A DNA stretch of 61,915 nt, the filler included, from Kipferlia bialata (Eukaryota), in assembly GCA_003568945.1 (NCBI GenBank). It is 3 parts of 3 records of this genome, joined end to end, with 100 filler letters (N's around TTAATTAATTAA, not from the genome) between each part and the next. Parts side by side here need not be neighbours in the genome. Positions count along the whole stretch, not along the records: positions 26,080 to 52,054 come from BDIP01000202.1; positions 52,155 to 61,915 come from BDIP01000218.1; 1 more part is not named here. One strand, given 5' to 3'. The notes under the pieces were generated by a model. That model was not told where the DNA came from. It was given only the letters and a program-made list of their open reading frames with translations, and searched no databases. The translations under genes were made by a program, and so were the position numbers. Shown here piece by piece: positions 38,901 through 52,460 of this stretch (its first letter is position 1; the number at the start of each line of letters is the position of its first letter).

Positions 38901-41900
38901 TGTGGGTCTGATAGTCATTATGTCTTGATGTAGCGTGCATCATACCTCTCACCCCCTAGGAGTGGGTGACCAGGTGGACCTGAATGCCCTGATCAAGAGG
39001 GAGAAGGAGAGGGACATTGAGAGAGAGAAGGACGCCGCCTTTTCGAGTGACATTGGGATGGTCATAGCACAGACACTCGACAAGCCCATGGAGGTAGGGG
39101 GAGTGGGTAATACCAGTGTATTCACTGGACTCCGTATACTGTCACTAGTGAGTAGTGATGCCTGACCCCAGGTCCACCCACCCCTGGAGCGTACCTACCT
39201 GGAGGAGGAGCCGGACCAGCAGCGGATGGTGACACAGGCAATGCAGGTGGGGTGGATATATACATATATGTAACAGTAGATATAGATGTATAAACATGTA
39301 TGACTGTACACGTGACTGGATGGTGACACAGGCAATGCAGGTGGGGTGGACGGATGATTGGTGTTTATATTGAAGTGGTATACATATATATATATGTATA
39401 TGCATATACATATATATGCATGTATATGCAAGATCCAGATGTCACAGTATACCATGTCTGTGTACCCTCTCATCTCTCAGGAGCTCCTGCGGTACCAGCC
39501 TGTGTGGAGGGTATCTAGGATGGGGGAGGAAGGTATGGGGTGGTGTATGTGTGTGTATGTATCACACTACTGATGTGAGTGTATGTGACTTACCTTACCC
39601 CAGTGTTGAGGGAGAACATCGAGCATGGGTCCCTGGTCAAGACAACTAGACCGGCAGTCATTGCACAGGTATGTATATATATGTATAGCATGTGTTACCG
39701 TCTACCTCTCCACCATTTGTCGCTCACCCTCACCCCAGGCCTTGCTGGACATGGACTCCCATGGTACTATGATATATACTCTATGTACATAAATACTATA
39801 CCGCACCACCACCACACCTTTACTTACCCCCCATGCCTTGCTGGACATGGACTCCCAGGGCCTGTCCTCCCATGGATGCAGGGAGGCAGAGGCAGAGGCA
39901 ATGATGGACTTCTACAACATGTCGGACCTTGATGAAGGTGGGGTATATACCAATTTATTCATATTTATTGTTCTCCCATATAGTCTTTCCTTTAGTTGGG
40001 TTGTATACATGTGACCCTCACCTACCCCCTGACCCCCCCAGATCGCTATGACTCCACGTCTGAGTCTGGGTCTGAGACTGAATCGGAGTCAACGCCTGAC
40101 GCCCATGCCTTTAGGTATGGTCGTGGTCTCTCACCAATGCTGATGTGCATATTAGTGTTAGTATAGCGTGTGGGGCAGAGTATCACTCAGTATATGTAGC
40201 CGTAGTAGTGACGGGAACCATTGTGTGATGTCCTTATATATATGTGTATATATATGCAGTGAGTGTGACCCTAACCCCCAGACTCTCCACCAGAGACACT
40301 GACTCCCCTGTCCACAGGTCCAGAGGGGGGTCAAGGGCGGGGTCGAAAGCAGGCTCTAGAGCAGGCTCTAGAGCAGGGTCTACCACTGCGTCTCCTAGGT
40401 GTGTATATGTGTCATAACCTGTGGTGTTGAATTAGCTATTGGGTTTGGTTGTGGGTCGCCAGTGAATATAGAGAGTGTCCATTGAGTACCCCTTCTCTTC
40501 TGTTAGAACTCTGAGTCTACTGATACACAGATCAGGCTCCCCCGGCCTCAAGATTCTTGTGTTTGAAGGAAGGCATGGGGAGAGGGAGAGGGAGAGGGAG
40601 AGGATACGGGAGGGCAGGAGGAAGAACAGTGCGCGGTCTCACTCGAGAGAGAGGGAGAAGGAGAAAGCTAGGTATTGAGTTCAGACTGTAGATGAATGAG
40701 AAGAAGTCTGATTCCACGACAACTACCGTTTGCTCTTCTGACCTTCCCACATGGCCACCTCTCCCTCTCCCCCTCACCGCAGGGACGCTGCCCTGACCAG
40801 CCGCAGTCATGATGCCAGTGCCACCCACTCTGCCAGGGAGTTCTACATGGGGGCAGACAACGACAGGTGGGGTGGATGTGTATGTATATATGTATGTACA
40901 TGTGTATATGTTATATATACACATGAATGACACACCCCTCTGAACCCAGCGACTGGGAGGACCTCAATGTGCCCACCTATGCCGAGAAGGAGTATTCGCA
41001 GTTCCAGCACATACCCAGCCTGGTACCCAAGGGCCTGGTGGACCTAAAGACATTAATACGGCTGATAGAGACAGACCCCGACGAGGCCCTGGATGTGTAT
41101 GGGTCAGACAGCGAGTATGAGGTGGGGGTTGTAGATCCACTTACACTTGTATATATAATGATACTAGTGTTGTGTTAAGAGGTAGGTATGTACTGCATAC
41201 ACTCTAGATGGCCCCTGCCTATATCCTATCTCTACACACTCTGATATGATGTATATATATACAATATGTCTCTAACCCCCAGGAGGAGGACGGTGGCTTC
41301 GGTATGTCCCCAGCTAAGAGGCGTGCACTGGAGATAGAGAGGAAGGAGAGTATGAATGTCACAAACAGTGAGGAGGAGGGGGAGAGAGAGAGTGAGGATG
41401 ATGATGGGGCGGCTAGCTTCCGTGCCTCTCCTGCTCGATCCCCCAAGGCAACAAAGGGCATGTCTCTGCTGCTATCACCCCCGAAGAGTGTGAGCAAGGT
41501 GTGTACTTGGTCCCACATTACTCTGCCTCAGTATGTATGGAGATATGTGTCTACATATACATACACCCCCTCACCCCAGGAGGCCAGTCTCCTCAACCAG
41601 TTGGCCCAGATGTCACCAGCATCCACCTCTATGTCAGCATCCACCAAGGGGGAGGGAGAGGGGGAGGGAGAGGGTGAGACAGAGAGAGAGCATGACTCGG
41701 ATGTCGACAGTGACATGCTGACGTACCACCCTGGGACAGAGTTTGCTAACAGGTAGGGGCAGATGTATATGTATGCATACATTTTGTATGTTATGAGTGT
41801 GTGTGTCTGTGGTCCCTGACCCCTAGGTACTCCAATGCGGTAGCCAAGGCCCTGTCAGCAGCCATAGAGACAGGTCCACCCCCAGAGGAGGTGTGTTTGT

Positions 41901-44508
41901 GTATGTGTGTGTGTAGACTTGACTTCATTGGCTCTTGTGCAGCGTATCACCAAATCACATTAATTTTGTCATTACTTCCCACTCCCATCATCCTTGTGCA
42001 ACCTCAGTAATCCCAGGAGGACTATGATGAGTATGCCATCCTTAAGAGTCCCAGTGTGCTAAGAGGGCAGGGTATTAACAAGAGGACAGGTGCGATACTA
42101 ATATATGTATGTAGTTTTCCGAGTCACCGTGCGAAGATGATCAAGTATACCAACTCTTGTGTCCATACAGTCCATGCCCCACCCCCAGCTGTTGGCACCC
42201 CTTCCCGTCTACCCAAGACACAGCAGGCAGGAGGCACACCTAGTAGCTCTCTAGCCATGGGTAGTAGGACAGCTCTCAGCACCACACAGGGTGAGGGCCT
42301 AGTATTCTTATGTATAGTGTATGTACTTGCTTGTTGCCTAGTCTTTCATGCCTTCTATATATCAGTATATTTCATGTACATATACTATATACACCCTTAT
42401 CCCAGGCCGTGCCACCCCCGTCACCCCGACCAGACGCAGCACCTCTAGGGCCAGGATGGCTGTGCTACACTCCACCATAGAGAGAGATAAGGAGGAGAAG
42501 AGGGAGAGGGAGAGACAGCTGCAGCGGCAGAAGGACGAGGAGAGAGAGAGACACCGCCCCTTGGTCAATGGTGCCACAATCGGTAGAACCAGCAGGATCA
42601 GCAGGGACAAGGGGGAAGGTACGCGATGTGGCATATGTATGTATATATCCTATATCTACTTTTGTATCCACTATTCTCTACCCCCCAGAGCACCTTGTCC
42701 CGTCCAGCATGTCTCTGGCTGACACCACCACCATCTACAAGGGGTCTGTGGTGTCACAGCATATCGATGCGTTCCAGAGTGCATGGGGGCGCTACACCAA
42801 CGAGATCCAGAGCATCTTCACACCCAATGGCCACGGGCACTCCTATCTCAGGTGGGGTACACATACTGTACTCCGTTCCTCTACCAGTCTACCCCTCTCA
42901 CCTCCCAGAGATGTCTCCCCCCGGTCTGACATGAGTGAGATAGACTCAGAGGCAGAGGATGAAATCAACGCGATATCGGAGGAGCTCGCTACACTATCCA
43001 TCATACCACCAGGTAAGGATATGCTAGTATTTATGCCCACTTACCTAGTGTCTACGTTCAAACCCCCTCACACCAGGCCCCCTAGAGTTCGAGGCCCCAG
43101 CTGAGCCCCCAGTCCTGGATGAGATACTGGCAGTGCTAGGTGGGGTGTTGTGTGAGATGTGGGGTAGATTGTGATACTCTCATCATAAGATACCATATTA
43201 CTCATGTAGTATCTATCAGTATATATTTCTCTATATCATATGTATTGCATACACTCTCTCTATCTCACCTGCCAGGTCTGCACGGGTGTGCCCCCGAGGT
43301 GCCTGAGCCCATTGAGTCCATCCACTTCATAGAGCCGGAGGAGCACGACAACTCAATTGTGGACAGGTGGGTGACACATGTATATTGGTGGATCTTTGGT
43401 CTGGTGTTGTCTTCTTCTCCTGTCTCCCCAAGTGCCTATCTCACCCCCAGGCTGGTTGAGGCCTTTGGCATACTTGAGATGTCCCTCCCTTCCAGGATGG
43501 ATGTGTTCCATAGATGCACAATGGACATTGACGTCCCAGGTAAGGGTTACACTATAGCGTAGTTTGGTGGGGACACAGGATAGCACAAGATATCACAATC
43601 TATTCAAAAGTGTGGATATTCTGTGTTCTCACCTGCCCTCTTTCTCACGATCCAGGCACCCTTGAGAGAAGGGCCGAGGTGTGGAAGGGTGGGGCGTATG
43701 CTGTGAGGGACAGAGAGACGGCCAGGAAACAGGTAAGGGGCATGTCTCTTTGAAGACCAATGCTGGTTGTCTCTTAATGAATATGAGAAGAGTCATGAAT
43801 ATGATGAAACATGTAGTATGTGATAGTGATACTAGAGTACCTTTCTCTAACACTTCAGCTGGTGCGTACCTTCAAGCGTGCCCGTAAGAGTCGAGAGTTG
43901 ACTTCCCAGCGGGAGCTGAGAGAGCACCTGGAGAGGTTGAATCAGGTGCGGAGTCATATATTCCATTGGCACATTGATCGCATTGGAGTATATTCTGGTA
44001 TATATACCAAATCTCCTTCTCACCCAGGCCACGGAGGCCTGCCGCATTGCAATGAAGCGGCTGACTGGGATCGGAGACAAGTACGATACATACACATTTC
44101 TCTGCATTCATGGTCACGAGTGTTTTGGTGTGTGCTGATGTTAGTTTGCCACTCTTGTATATACGTTACGTCCTTCCGATGTCTCACCCCCCAGACTCAC
44201 CTTTCGCAATGTACCCTATGTGGACAGGATCAACACAGACGTCAGACGCATCCAGCAGCCCATACTCAAGATGATCAGGTATAGCTATGTGGACCTATAT
44301 ACTTGGTAGAGTGAGTTGTGTAGTGATAGGGATATAGTATCCGAGTGACCAATGGTAAGAGTCAGTATATCTATGTGATGCTGACCCCAGAACGTGGCAC
44401 GAGAGGGAGTCTGGTAAGGGGTCCAACGGGGTTGACCATGAGACCACCCGGGAGAGAGAGCTGGAGGCACTCAGCGATGATGATAAGGAGAGTGACAGGG
44501 AGATATAG
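35930..44508 (+). CDS. Very large multi-exon, mostly low-complexity protein with a CCDC87-like C-terminal helical domain; 5' end uncertain
   Basis: More than 30 short exons bounded by CT(G/C/A)ACCCCCAG and GT(A/G)GGT-type sites. The C-terminus RLVEAFGILEMSLPSRMDVF...AEVWKGGAYAVRDRE...IGDKLTFRNVPYVDRINTD resembles the CCDC87 C-terminal pattern by eye. It may be more than one gene. Confidence 0.55.
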
Positions 44509-44760
44509 GGGAGGTTACCTTGATGTCTCAGTGTATTTTGTATGTTGTAAGGTTATTCATTTTCAAACACTGTTTTGTGTCTAGATATTCATATTCCATA
44601 TTGGTGATGCTGTGTATAGAATAGATTATACACTGTACAGGACTTCAGTATTTGGGGACCAACTACACTGCTAACAACGACAATCTATTGAAGAATCAGA
44701 CGATAAACACACAAACGACATTGAAGGACACTAAACACACACACAATGCAGGCGCCCTGT

Positions 44761-45606
44761 CTAGAACCTGTCCCCCCTCTTGACCATCCTCTTGAGGTTG
44801 GGTCTCTTCATGACGCGGTTTCTGTAGCGCTGGGGGGTCAGAGGGAGAGGGGGGGGGGCAAGGTGGTAGAGAGAGAGATATTACTGATCAATATGACAGT
44901 GACTGTACTGATATATACTGAAAAGATGTGTCCTCCTACCTTGAGCTCTGGGAACCCACCCACGGACATGGGGATCTCCTGGGGTGAAGGAGAGGAAGAG
45001 GCCATGGTGGATAGGTATCAACAATGCCATTCAATTGATACGTGCACCCACCTTGGCCACGGCGTCCAGCATGGCCACCAGACACAGGTCGGCATAGGAC
45101 AGACGGTCACCTGGGGTGGGGGAGGGGGGGAATATGGAGACAGTAGAGTTGCCACAGGTCATATATATCTCACACTGAACATAAAATAGGAACGTGTACA
45201 GAACACTCTATGATTGTGACTCACCCAGGAGGTATGGCTTGGCAGTAGCCACAACGTCTCTCTGCAGGAATGTGAACCTAGGGTGGGTAACGCAAGGGAT
45301 GGAGAGATATTCATATATCTATTTCCTCATATTGGGGGAATTAACTATATAAATACATGATACCTGGGGCAGATGTAGTCTCTGTAGAACTTGTTTCTGA
45401 GCTGAACAGTGGAGGCACTCCTGGGGTGAGGCAGATAGGTTGGGGTGTGGATCGAATACCTAAACAGACATTCATATGTGCACAGTGCCCTCACTATAAA
45501 TGCATAGCAGTAGCTGACTCACTTGCTGCCTGAGAACTCTGCCATCCACATGGTGCGCAGGATGTCCTGGGGGTTGGGGGAGAGGGGGACACAGTCATTC
45601 CTATGG

Positions 45607-45640
<34 letters not shown>

Positions 45641-47255
45641 GTATATCTATATACCTCGCACTGCATGGCACATGGCATCAGGAACCCTCTCTCGACTGGG
45701 GTCTGGCCGTCGTAGCCAAGCTTGCTGGGGGTGAGGCAAGGGGGAAAGAGAGAGAACATGAAGGGAAGAATGTATGTCTAGATAATGCTCACACACCAGT
45801 GCATAGACCACACATACACATGTACGTACCCGGCGAGGTGCAGCATGATGGCCATCGAGTGGCATGTTGTGGTGGTGGCGTCCTTCCAGATGGGGAGAAT
45901 GCCAAAGGGGGAGCTGGGGGTGGGGGATAAGGACTAGAGGGATGAAGAACATGATGGCTTCCTGGTCACATCAACGAGTAGTGTGACACAGCTATGATAC
46001 CAAGCACCCACCTCTCTGCCTTGGTGGCTGCTGACCCCCCACTCACAGGCTCAAAGTCATAGTGCATGCCACTGTCGGCTGGGGTCAGTGCGCAGAGGGA
46101 CACGTATCTACCACACACCAAGTATCATGTATGTACAGTATGCCACCCACCGAGCATGAGCCTGATCTTGTCCACCTCTCCTCTAACTGGGAAGAAGACA
46201 AGGGTGCCTGGGGGGGAGATAGAGAGAGTTACATAGAGAACGTGTTGTGCCCTATAACTCATATGCACTCAATGGTATGGTAGTCTCTATCACGCGCCAC
46301 CCACCGATGGACTGCTGCTCCTGGGGTGCAGGGGTGGGCGCACGGAGGATGCTCTTCCTGGGGGCCTAAGTGGTGAGGATGGTTGGTACAATAGACACTC
46401 ATGTAGGGGTATATGCGTAAGGCCAACACAAGATGCCCCACCTTTGCAATGGGTGCCACTGGGACATGGACAGGGGCAGGGGCACAGATGGGGACGGCCA
46501 CCTCCTCCTCAGACACACTCTCCTGGGGGTCAGATACTAAATGGGTATATGTGAATAATGTGATACTATGAACAATAGAGAGAAGGACTATATGCACCTG
46601 TGTGTTGAGTGTGGGCACGGACTGGGGCTCCTCAGACACAACCACAGAGTCGGCCTCTGCCTCAACCTCTGAGGTGTCAGGGGCGATGGTCTCGACGGTC
46701 TCAACGGCCTCGACAGTCTTGATGGTCCTGTCGACAGTGTCAGATGGGACGGTATCAATGGGAGCAGGGGCCTCTGCCTCCACAGCCATGGGCTCTGACA
46801 CTGGCTCTACCTCAGTGGGCTGGTCGGGGATGGCGGGGGTGACGGTCTCGACGGCGTTGGAGGTCTCGACGGCCATGCCGGTCTCCTCCTGACTGAGGAC
46901 TGAGAGAGAGTCCGAGGCAGGAGGAGGGTTCTGTGTCTCACTGCCAGCATCAACAGTCTCAACGACGGTGTCGACAACAGTCTTGACAACAGTGGCAACC
47001 TCAGTGGCAACGACGGTGCTGGGCTGGGTGGACACGGCGGGTGTCACATCCTGGGGGGCAGCACAAGGGGCAGTCTGGGAGGGATCGGCATGTGTGGGAG
47101 CACTGTGCTGAGAGGGCTGGCCGGCAGGGACCTGAGAAGGGACAGCGGTGGAAGGGGCAGGAGCTGGCACGCTCTCAACTGCATCGACAGTGGGCTGCTC
47201 CACAACCAGTGGCATGGGGGCAGGGGCAGGGGTAGTCCTGGCAGAGCGGGGCACC
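44761..47255 (-). CDS. Protein with a long Pro/Thr/Val/Glu-rich region followed by a C-terminal glutathione S-transferase-fold domain (pi/sigma-like); 5' end in gap
   Basis: Exons give TLVFFPVRGEVDKIRLMLADSG...SPFGILPIWKD...CHSMAIMLHLAGKLGYDGQTPVE...YLLGDRLSYADL...FPELKRYRNRVMKRPNLK. These are joined in frame to upstream low-complexity exons (46598-47255). Confidence 0.85.
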
Positions 47256-47698
47256 TGGGGTGAAGAGAGATTGAGTGACGAGAGAAGTTGGTGGGGGGGG
47301 GGGGGGGGGGGGGGGAAAAAAACACAACACACCGNNNNNNNNNNNNNNNNNNNNNNNNNNNNNNNNNNNNNNNNNNNNNNNNNNNNNNNNNNNNNNNNNN
47401 NNNNNNNNNNNNNNNNNNNNNNNNNNNNNNNNNNNNNNNNNNNNNNNNNNNNNNNNNNNNNNNNNNNNNNNNNNNNNNNNNNNNNNNNNNNNNNNNNNNN
47501 NNNNNNNNNNNNNNNNNNNNNNNNNNNNNNNNNNNNNNNNNNNNNNNNNNNNNNNNNNNNNNNNNNNNNNNNNNNNNNNNNNNNNNNNNNNNNNNNNNNN
47601 NNNNNNNNNNNNNNNNNNNNNNNNNNNNNNNNNNNNNNNNNNNNNNNNNNNNNNNNNNNNNNNNNNNNNNNNNNNNNNNNNNNNNNNNNAAAGGCAGA

Positions 47699-47744
<46 letters not shown>

Positions 47745-47872
47745 GTAAATGACAGTGGGGATACACTAAATACCACTCATGTAACAAATAAAGAGGGTGG
47801 TGCATACACTGAGTGCCATGACAGAGAGTGACAACTGCTGCAGGGAACACATGTATACACATATATACTCAC

Positions 47873-48217
47873 CAGACTGGGTGGAAGACCCATCCCCCCC
47901 TGTCTCCCCCTACCCCTAGGTCCCATAGACCCCCTAGGTACAGTGGGGGAGGTGCTAGAGGCGGCAGATGTGGATGACGACGGTGACGGCCTCTCCTCCC
48001 TCCTCAGAAACACCACAGTCGATGTGTCATCTAGACCCAGGGCAGAGAGGGGGGCGGCATCCGACAGCACCCTGCCCGCATACACTAGCACCACCTGGTC
48101 GGGTCTGGTGTTGGGCAGTCTCTCTGCTATCAGTGTCCTGATGGCAAGGACAGATGAGAGGGACTGGGAGAGGGGGACGCTCCACTCAGTGCGCTTGTCC
48201 TGCGAGATCAGACGCAT
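47873..48217 (-). CDS. First exon encoding an N-terminal ubiquitin-like domain (ubiquilin/BAG6-like position)
   Basis: SVLAIRTLIAERLPNTRPDQVVLVYAGRVLSDAAPLSALGLDDTSTVVFL is a UBL pattern. The exon ends at a GTGAGT donor and the downstream part enters an N gap. Confidence 0.75.
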
Positions 48218-48575
48218 CCCTAGCGTACTCGCTCTCTGCCGGGTTACTAGAGGAACTTGTCTCTCAGTGGGTGTGTTTGCGTCAGGCACTTAGTATGTTG
48301 TTTGGGTAGAGAAGGCCTCATTGTCATCACCACGCGACTATGAAGAAAGGGTATATATAGTGCAAAAACCACTCACACTAATCAACACTGATTGTAATAA
48401 TCACGCTATATTGGTATTGGCACATAGACTTGGTGTATCCTCTCTGGGGAGGACCCAGTTCCAGTGGGGTATACCCCTGACCGAGGAATGGTCTCTCTAG
48501 ATATGTCTCTTTCTGAACCAGACACACTGTACACTTCCTCAATGTCCCTCTCTACTGCTGCGCTATCTATATCGC

Positions 48576-51533
48576 CTACATCTCGTTGAGGGGTGTCCTC
48601 TTGTCGATGCTGGGGGTGGGATGGCAATAATAACATGCATGGGGAAGGAATGACTGTATTGAGAATATACTGTACGTATGCTCTGCTGTGGATGCTAGAC
48701 TGGCATAGACCAGTATATATATGACCAGGATACTCCAGCACTCCTAATTATTATGTGAATATATACATATATATGCATACCTGATGAGAGCGTCTATCAT
48801 CTCGTCCCAGAAGGCCTTGGTGTCAACCTGGGGTGAGGCAGGAATAGATACAGAAATGTATACATACACTGAGTAATCATACAATGCCACAAAAATATGC
48901 ATATATACATGCACATATTAAGACATGCATATATTACCTTGAGTGCCACTGTGCAGTTGGCAGGCTTGCCTCCAAAGCCAAACCTGCAGTGTCAGAGAGG
49001 GAGGTAGAGACACATAGGGAGAGAGACTACCCATCAACTCTGAGATGCTTCCTGACACTGATACAACGAAAGAGTTGAAGACAGAGAGAGAGAGATCCTC
49101 ACCAGTCTGCACATGTGGCCCCTGCTGTGTGTGTGCCCTCACACTCCACATCCACATGCACATGCACAGTCTCAAAGGCCTGTGGTAAGAGACTATTAGT
49201 ATTATGAACCACAGGCTAGAGAACAACGTTATCAATGGTCTCCACATGCACACATACAGACTCAAAGAACTGTGTTACAACATGTGTGTAACACTCAGTA
49301 ATATTTCTGTAATATTTGCAATACCTCTGGGTGGGTGATATATAATACATATATACTGTACTCTCTACATGCCATACCTCCGGGTGTGTGATGTAGAATG
49401 CTGCCACTGGGTCATGCACGGGTGGGCCATCGGTGAAGCCAAAGACGTTCTTGTAGGTGTCGGCAAAGAACTAGAGGGTTAGGTAGACACAGAGACATTC
49501 GCTTAGGCATCCTATAGACCTACTCCATACGAACCATCAGCAGCTGTGTGATGACCCCGCTGAACTTGGAGCCCCCTCCGATCTCGCCTATCCTCTTCAT
49601 GACACCTGGGTCAGAATGTGTACTTATACATCTTCATCTATACAGTAGCACAATACATACAATGATATGTATACTGTATGTGTAGCAAGAGAGAATGTCC
49701 TCTTCATGACACCTGGGTCAGAATATACGTGTGCAAATACATACATATAACTAGTGTACATATATCACAGCTGGCTCAGAATCAACGTGTGTACTTATAA
49801 CTACAAGAGTATGGCCTCACCCATCTCCCAGTACAATTGTAACAGTAGACATGTGTGTATCTATCCACTCTACTCACCCTCATCTGCCAGCACCGTCTAT
49901 AAGTAACTATACATATACATGCGAGTATTAATGTATATGGTGTGTCTGTATATCCATATGCCCTCACCCTCATCTGCCAGCACTGTGTGTGTGACATCCA
50001 GGGGGATCATAGTAAGAGGGGCACCAGAGTCAAGCACAACCTGGGGTAAGTGAGGCAAATATATATAAATAGGGGTGTATAATGAGAGAGAGAGAGATGG
50101 CTCATGGTGAGATCGGCACCGGAGTCAAGGACAACTTATGGGGAAGAGAGTAAGAGAGAGAGAGACAGAAGGGAGAGACCATTAGAAAGAGTCTTAGTAA
50201 GAACATATGAGTACTCTTGTAGACCTATATACATACTCACACCCACCTGCAGTGCCTCTGGGTCGATCTGTTAACAAGTGACACGATATAGTTTACTATA
50301 TACACGTAAACACGTAAACACATGAAGATATAGATATACAGATATATCTATATCCACACCTGCAGTGCCTCTGGGTCGATCTGTGCGTTGAACTCGGCCC
50401 AGGAGCCTAGGGGTGAGTGGGTGAGTGGACAGGATGACAAATATACACATACACACCAAAGCAAAATCAATATTCATTGGGAATACATTCATACTACGTG
50501 TAACACACCTGTGTTGCCCCTCTCCCTGAATACCCCTCCCATGCACACCACCTTGACACGGGGGATGTCCTGGGGGAACTGCCTAAGGTTAGATATACAC
50601 ACATACATATACATACATATACACATATACTATATTATACATGTATATAGTAGTATATACGGGGGTTGTCCAGGGGAACTGCCTGGGGGTTATATACGAT
50701 ACAACCATATATCAATACTCGGGGAACCAATACCTAAGGTACACGGCTATGTTAGTCATGCACATACATATATACTCATATATACATATATATACCTCAG
50801 ATACAGTGCAATGTTAGTCATGCAGCCTGTGACCAGCAGGGTCAGGGTCTCACCCTCAGGCAGCTGGGACACGGCCTGGGGGGTGAGAAAGAGAATGTCT
50901 AAATATATAAGAGAACACTAGTATACTATCCACTATACTTCTACGCGTAGTTGTTACCCTATAACCTGTGCATGGCTGGTGCCTCTGTGTGCTCTGGCAG
51001 ATATACTATACTCTTATATATGCATGTGACAACAAGTATATATATATAGTATATACACTAATACACACCCTGTACATGGCCATGGCTGGTGCCTCCGTGG
51101 TCTGTGGCCCACTAATATACTCAATATATATATACAAGTAACAACAAGTATATACATACACACCCTGTGCATGGCCATGGCCGGTGCCTCCGTGGTCTCT
51201 GGCTAATATCCAGTATACTACAATACACATATACATACATATATATAAATATTCATATATTAATATATACATACACACCCTGTGCATGGCCATGGCCGGT
51301 GCCTCCGTTGTCTCTGACAGATCCATAATATACTATAGTATACATACATATATCTATATATATATATATATACTAATACAAGTATGCTAGTATATACATA
51401 CACACCCTGTGCATGGCCATGGCTGGTGCCTCCGTGGTCTCTGGGACCTCCAGGTACTCATCCACCCCGGCCCAGTCCACCCCACCCAGACCGGTCTCAC
51501 CGTGGATCTCGGGGCAGATCTAAGGGTTAGAGA

Positions 51534-51571
<38 letters not shown>

Positions 51572-51898
51572 CAGGCCGGTCTCGCCATGGATCTCAGGGC
51601 AGATCTAAATATTAGAGAGAGAGGGAGGGAGAGAGTGGGGGAGAGAGAGAGACCCAGGCCAGTCTCGCCATGGATCTCGGGGCAGATCTAAGGGTTAGAT
51701 ATAATGGAAGACAGAGAGAGAGAGAGTACTCTCTAGTCAGAGATATCACACACATCATAAACATATACAGAGAGAGAGAGAGAGAGCCACTGACCTGGCT
51801 CTTCCTGACCAGGGGCACCGCACTGCCCTTGTAGACCAGCTCAAGGCCACCCCAGGAGGCACCCGAGATGAACATGGTGCGGAGGAGGTTGTGGAAGG
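48576..51898 (-). CDS. Inosine/uridine-preferring nucleoside hydrolase; 5' end lost at scaffold end
   Basis: Spliced motifs VYKGSAVPL, ICPEIHGETGLGG, TGCMTNIA, MGGVFRERGNTGLLAEFNAQIDPEA, MIPLDVTH, PVHDPVAAFYITHPE, TAGATCAD and VDTKAFWDEMIDAL. Confidence 0.93.
50960..51445 (-). repeat. Five copies of the nucleoside hydrolase exon 3' end (TTEAPAMAMHR + donor)
   Basis: CCTGTGCATGGCCATGGC(T/C)GGTGCCTCCG repeats about every 105-130 bp with TA/CA-rich spacers. Confidence 0.9.
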
Positions 51899-52098
51899 TC
51901 TGAGAGTAAGGAACTTGAGAGGGGGGGTGGGGAGAGAGAGAGAGAGAGAGAATGATGAACATGGTGTGGAGGTTGTGGAAGGTCTGAGGGTTAGGGAGAG
52001 AGAGGGGGGAGAGAGGGGGGGGGGGAGAGAGAGACAGAGAGAAGAGGTCTGATGNNNNNNNNNNNNNNNNNNNNNNNNNNNNNNNNNNNNNNNNNNNN

Positions 52099-52110
52099 TT
52101 AATTAATTAA
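52099..52110. other. Artificial scaffold-joining linker
   Basis: TTAATTAATTAA within N runs. Confidence 0.95.
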
Positions 52111-52460
52111 NNNNNNNNNNNNNNNNNNNNNNNNNNNNNNNNNNNNNNNNNNNNTTTTGTTGTTCCCCCTAATCCCCCCCCCCCCCCCCCCCCTCCCTTC
52201 AATATTGTTTGTTCAGTTAAGGTATTCAGGTGGGATACTACTGTTTACTCCCACACATCAATGTCTAACCCCCCCCCTCCCGCATACCCCCCCAAATTTG
52301 AATGACCATGTGCCGTGTAATACGTGACCACAAAGACACACCCAATTGATCCCCCCACCCCTTTGATATATATAATATATATACTTGATTATTCCCCACA
52401 TCTACCTCTACCTCCCTCTCAATCTCCGTCTCTCCCCCCTCTCGATACCCCCAAATCCCA

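Noticed and set aside
47290..47745. Long poly-G/C runs at gap edges (also 1-34, 11770-11816, 25942-25960, 35838-35905) as G-quadruplex or telomere-like elements
   Set aside because: They sit mostly at contig ends and look like low-quality sequence, so their lengths are unreliable. ORFs spanning the Ns are artefacts.
50960..51445. Repeat-spacer pattern resembling a CRISPR array (also 108-340, 34020-34450, 59040-59380)
   Set aside because: The repeats are exon ends with splice sites, the spacers are microsatellite intron sequence, no cas genes are present, and the context is eukaryotic.
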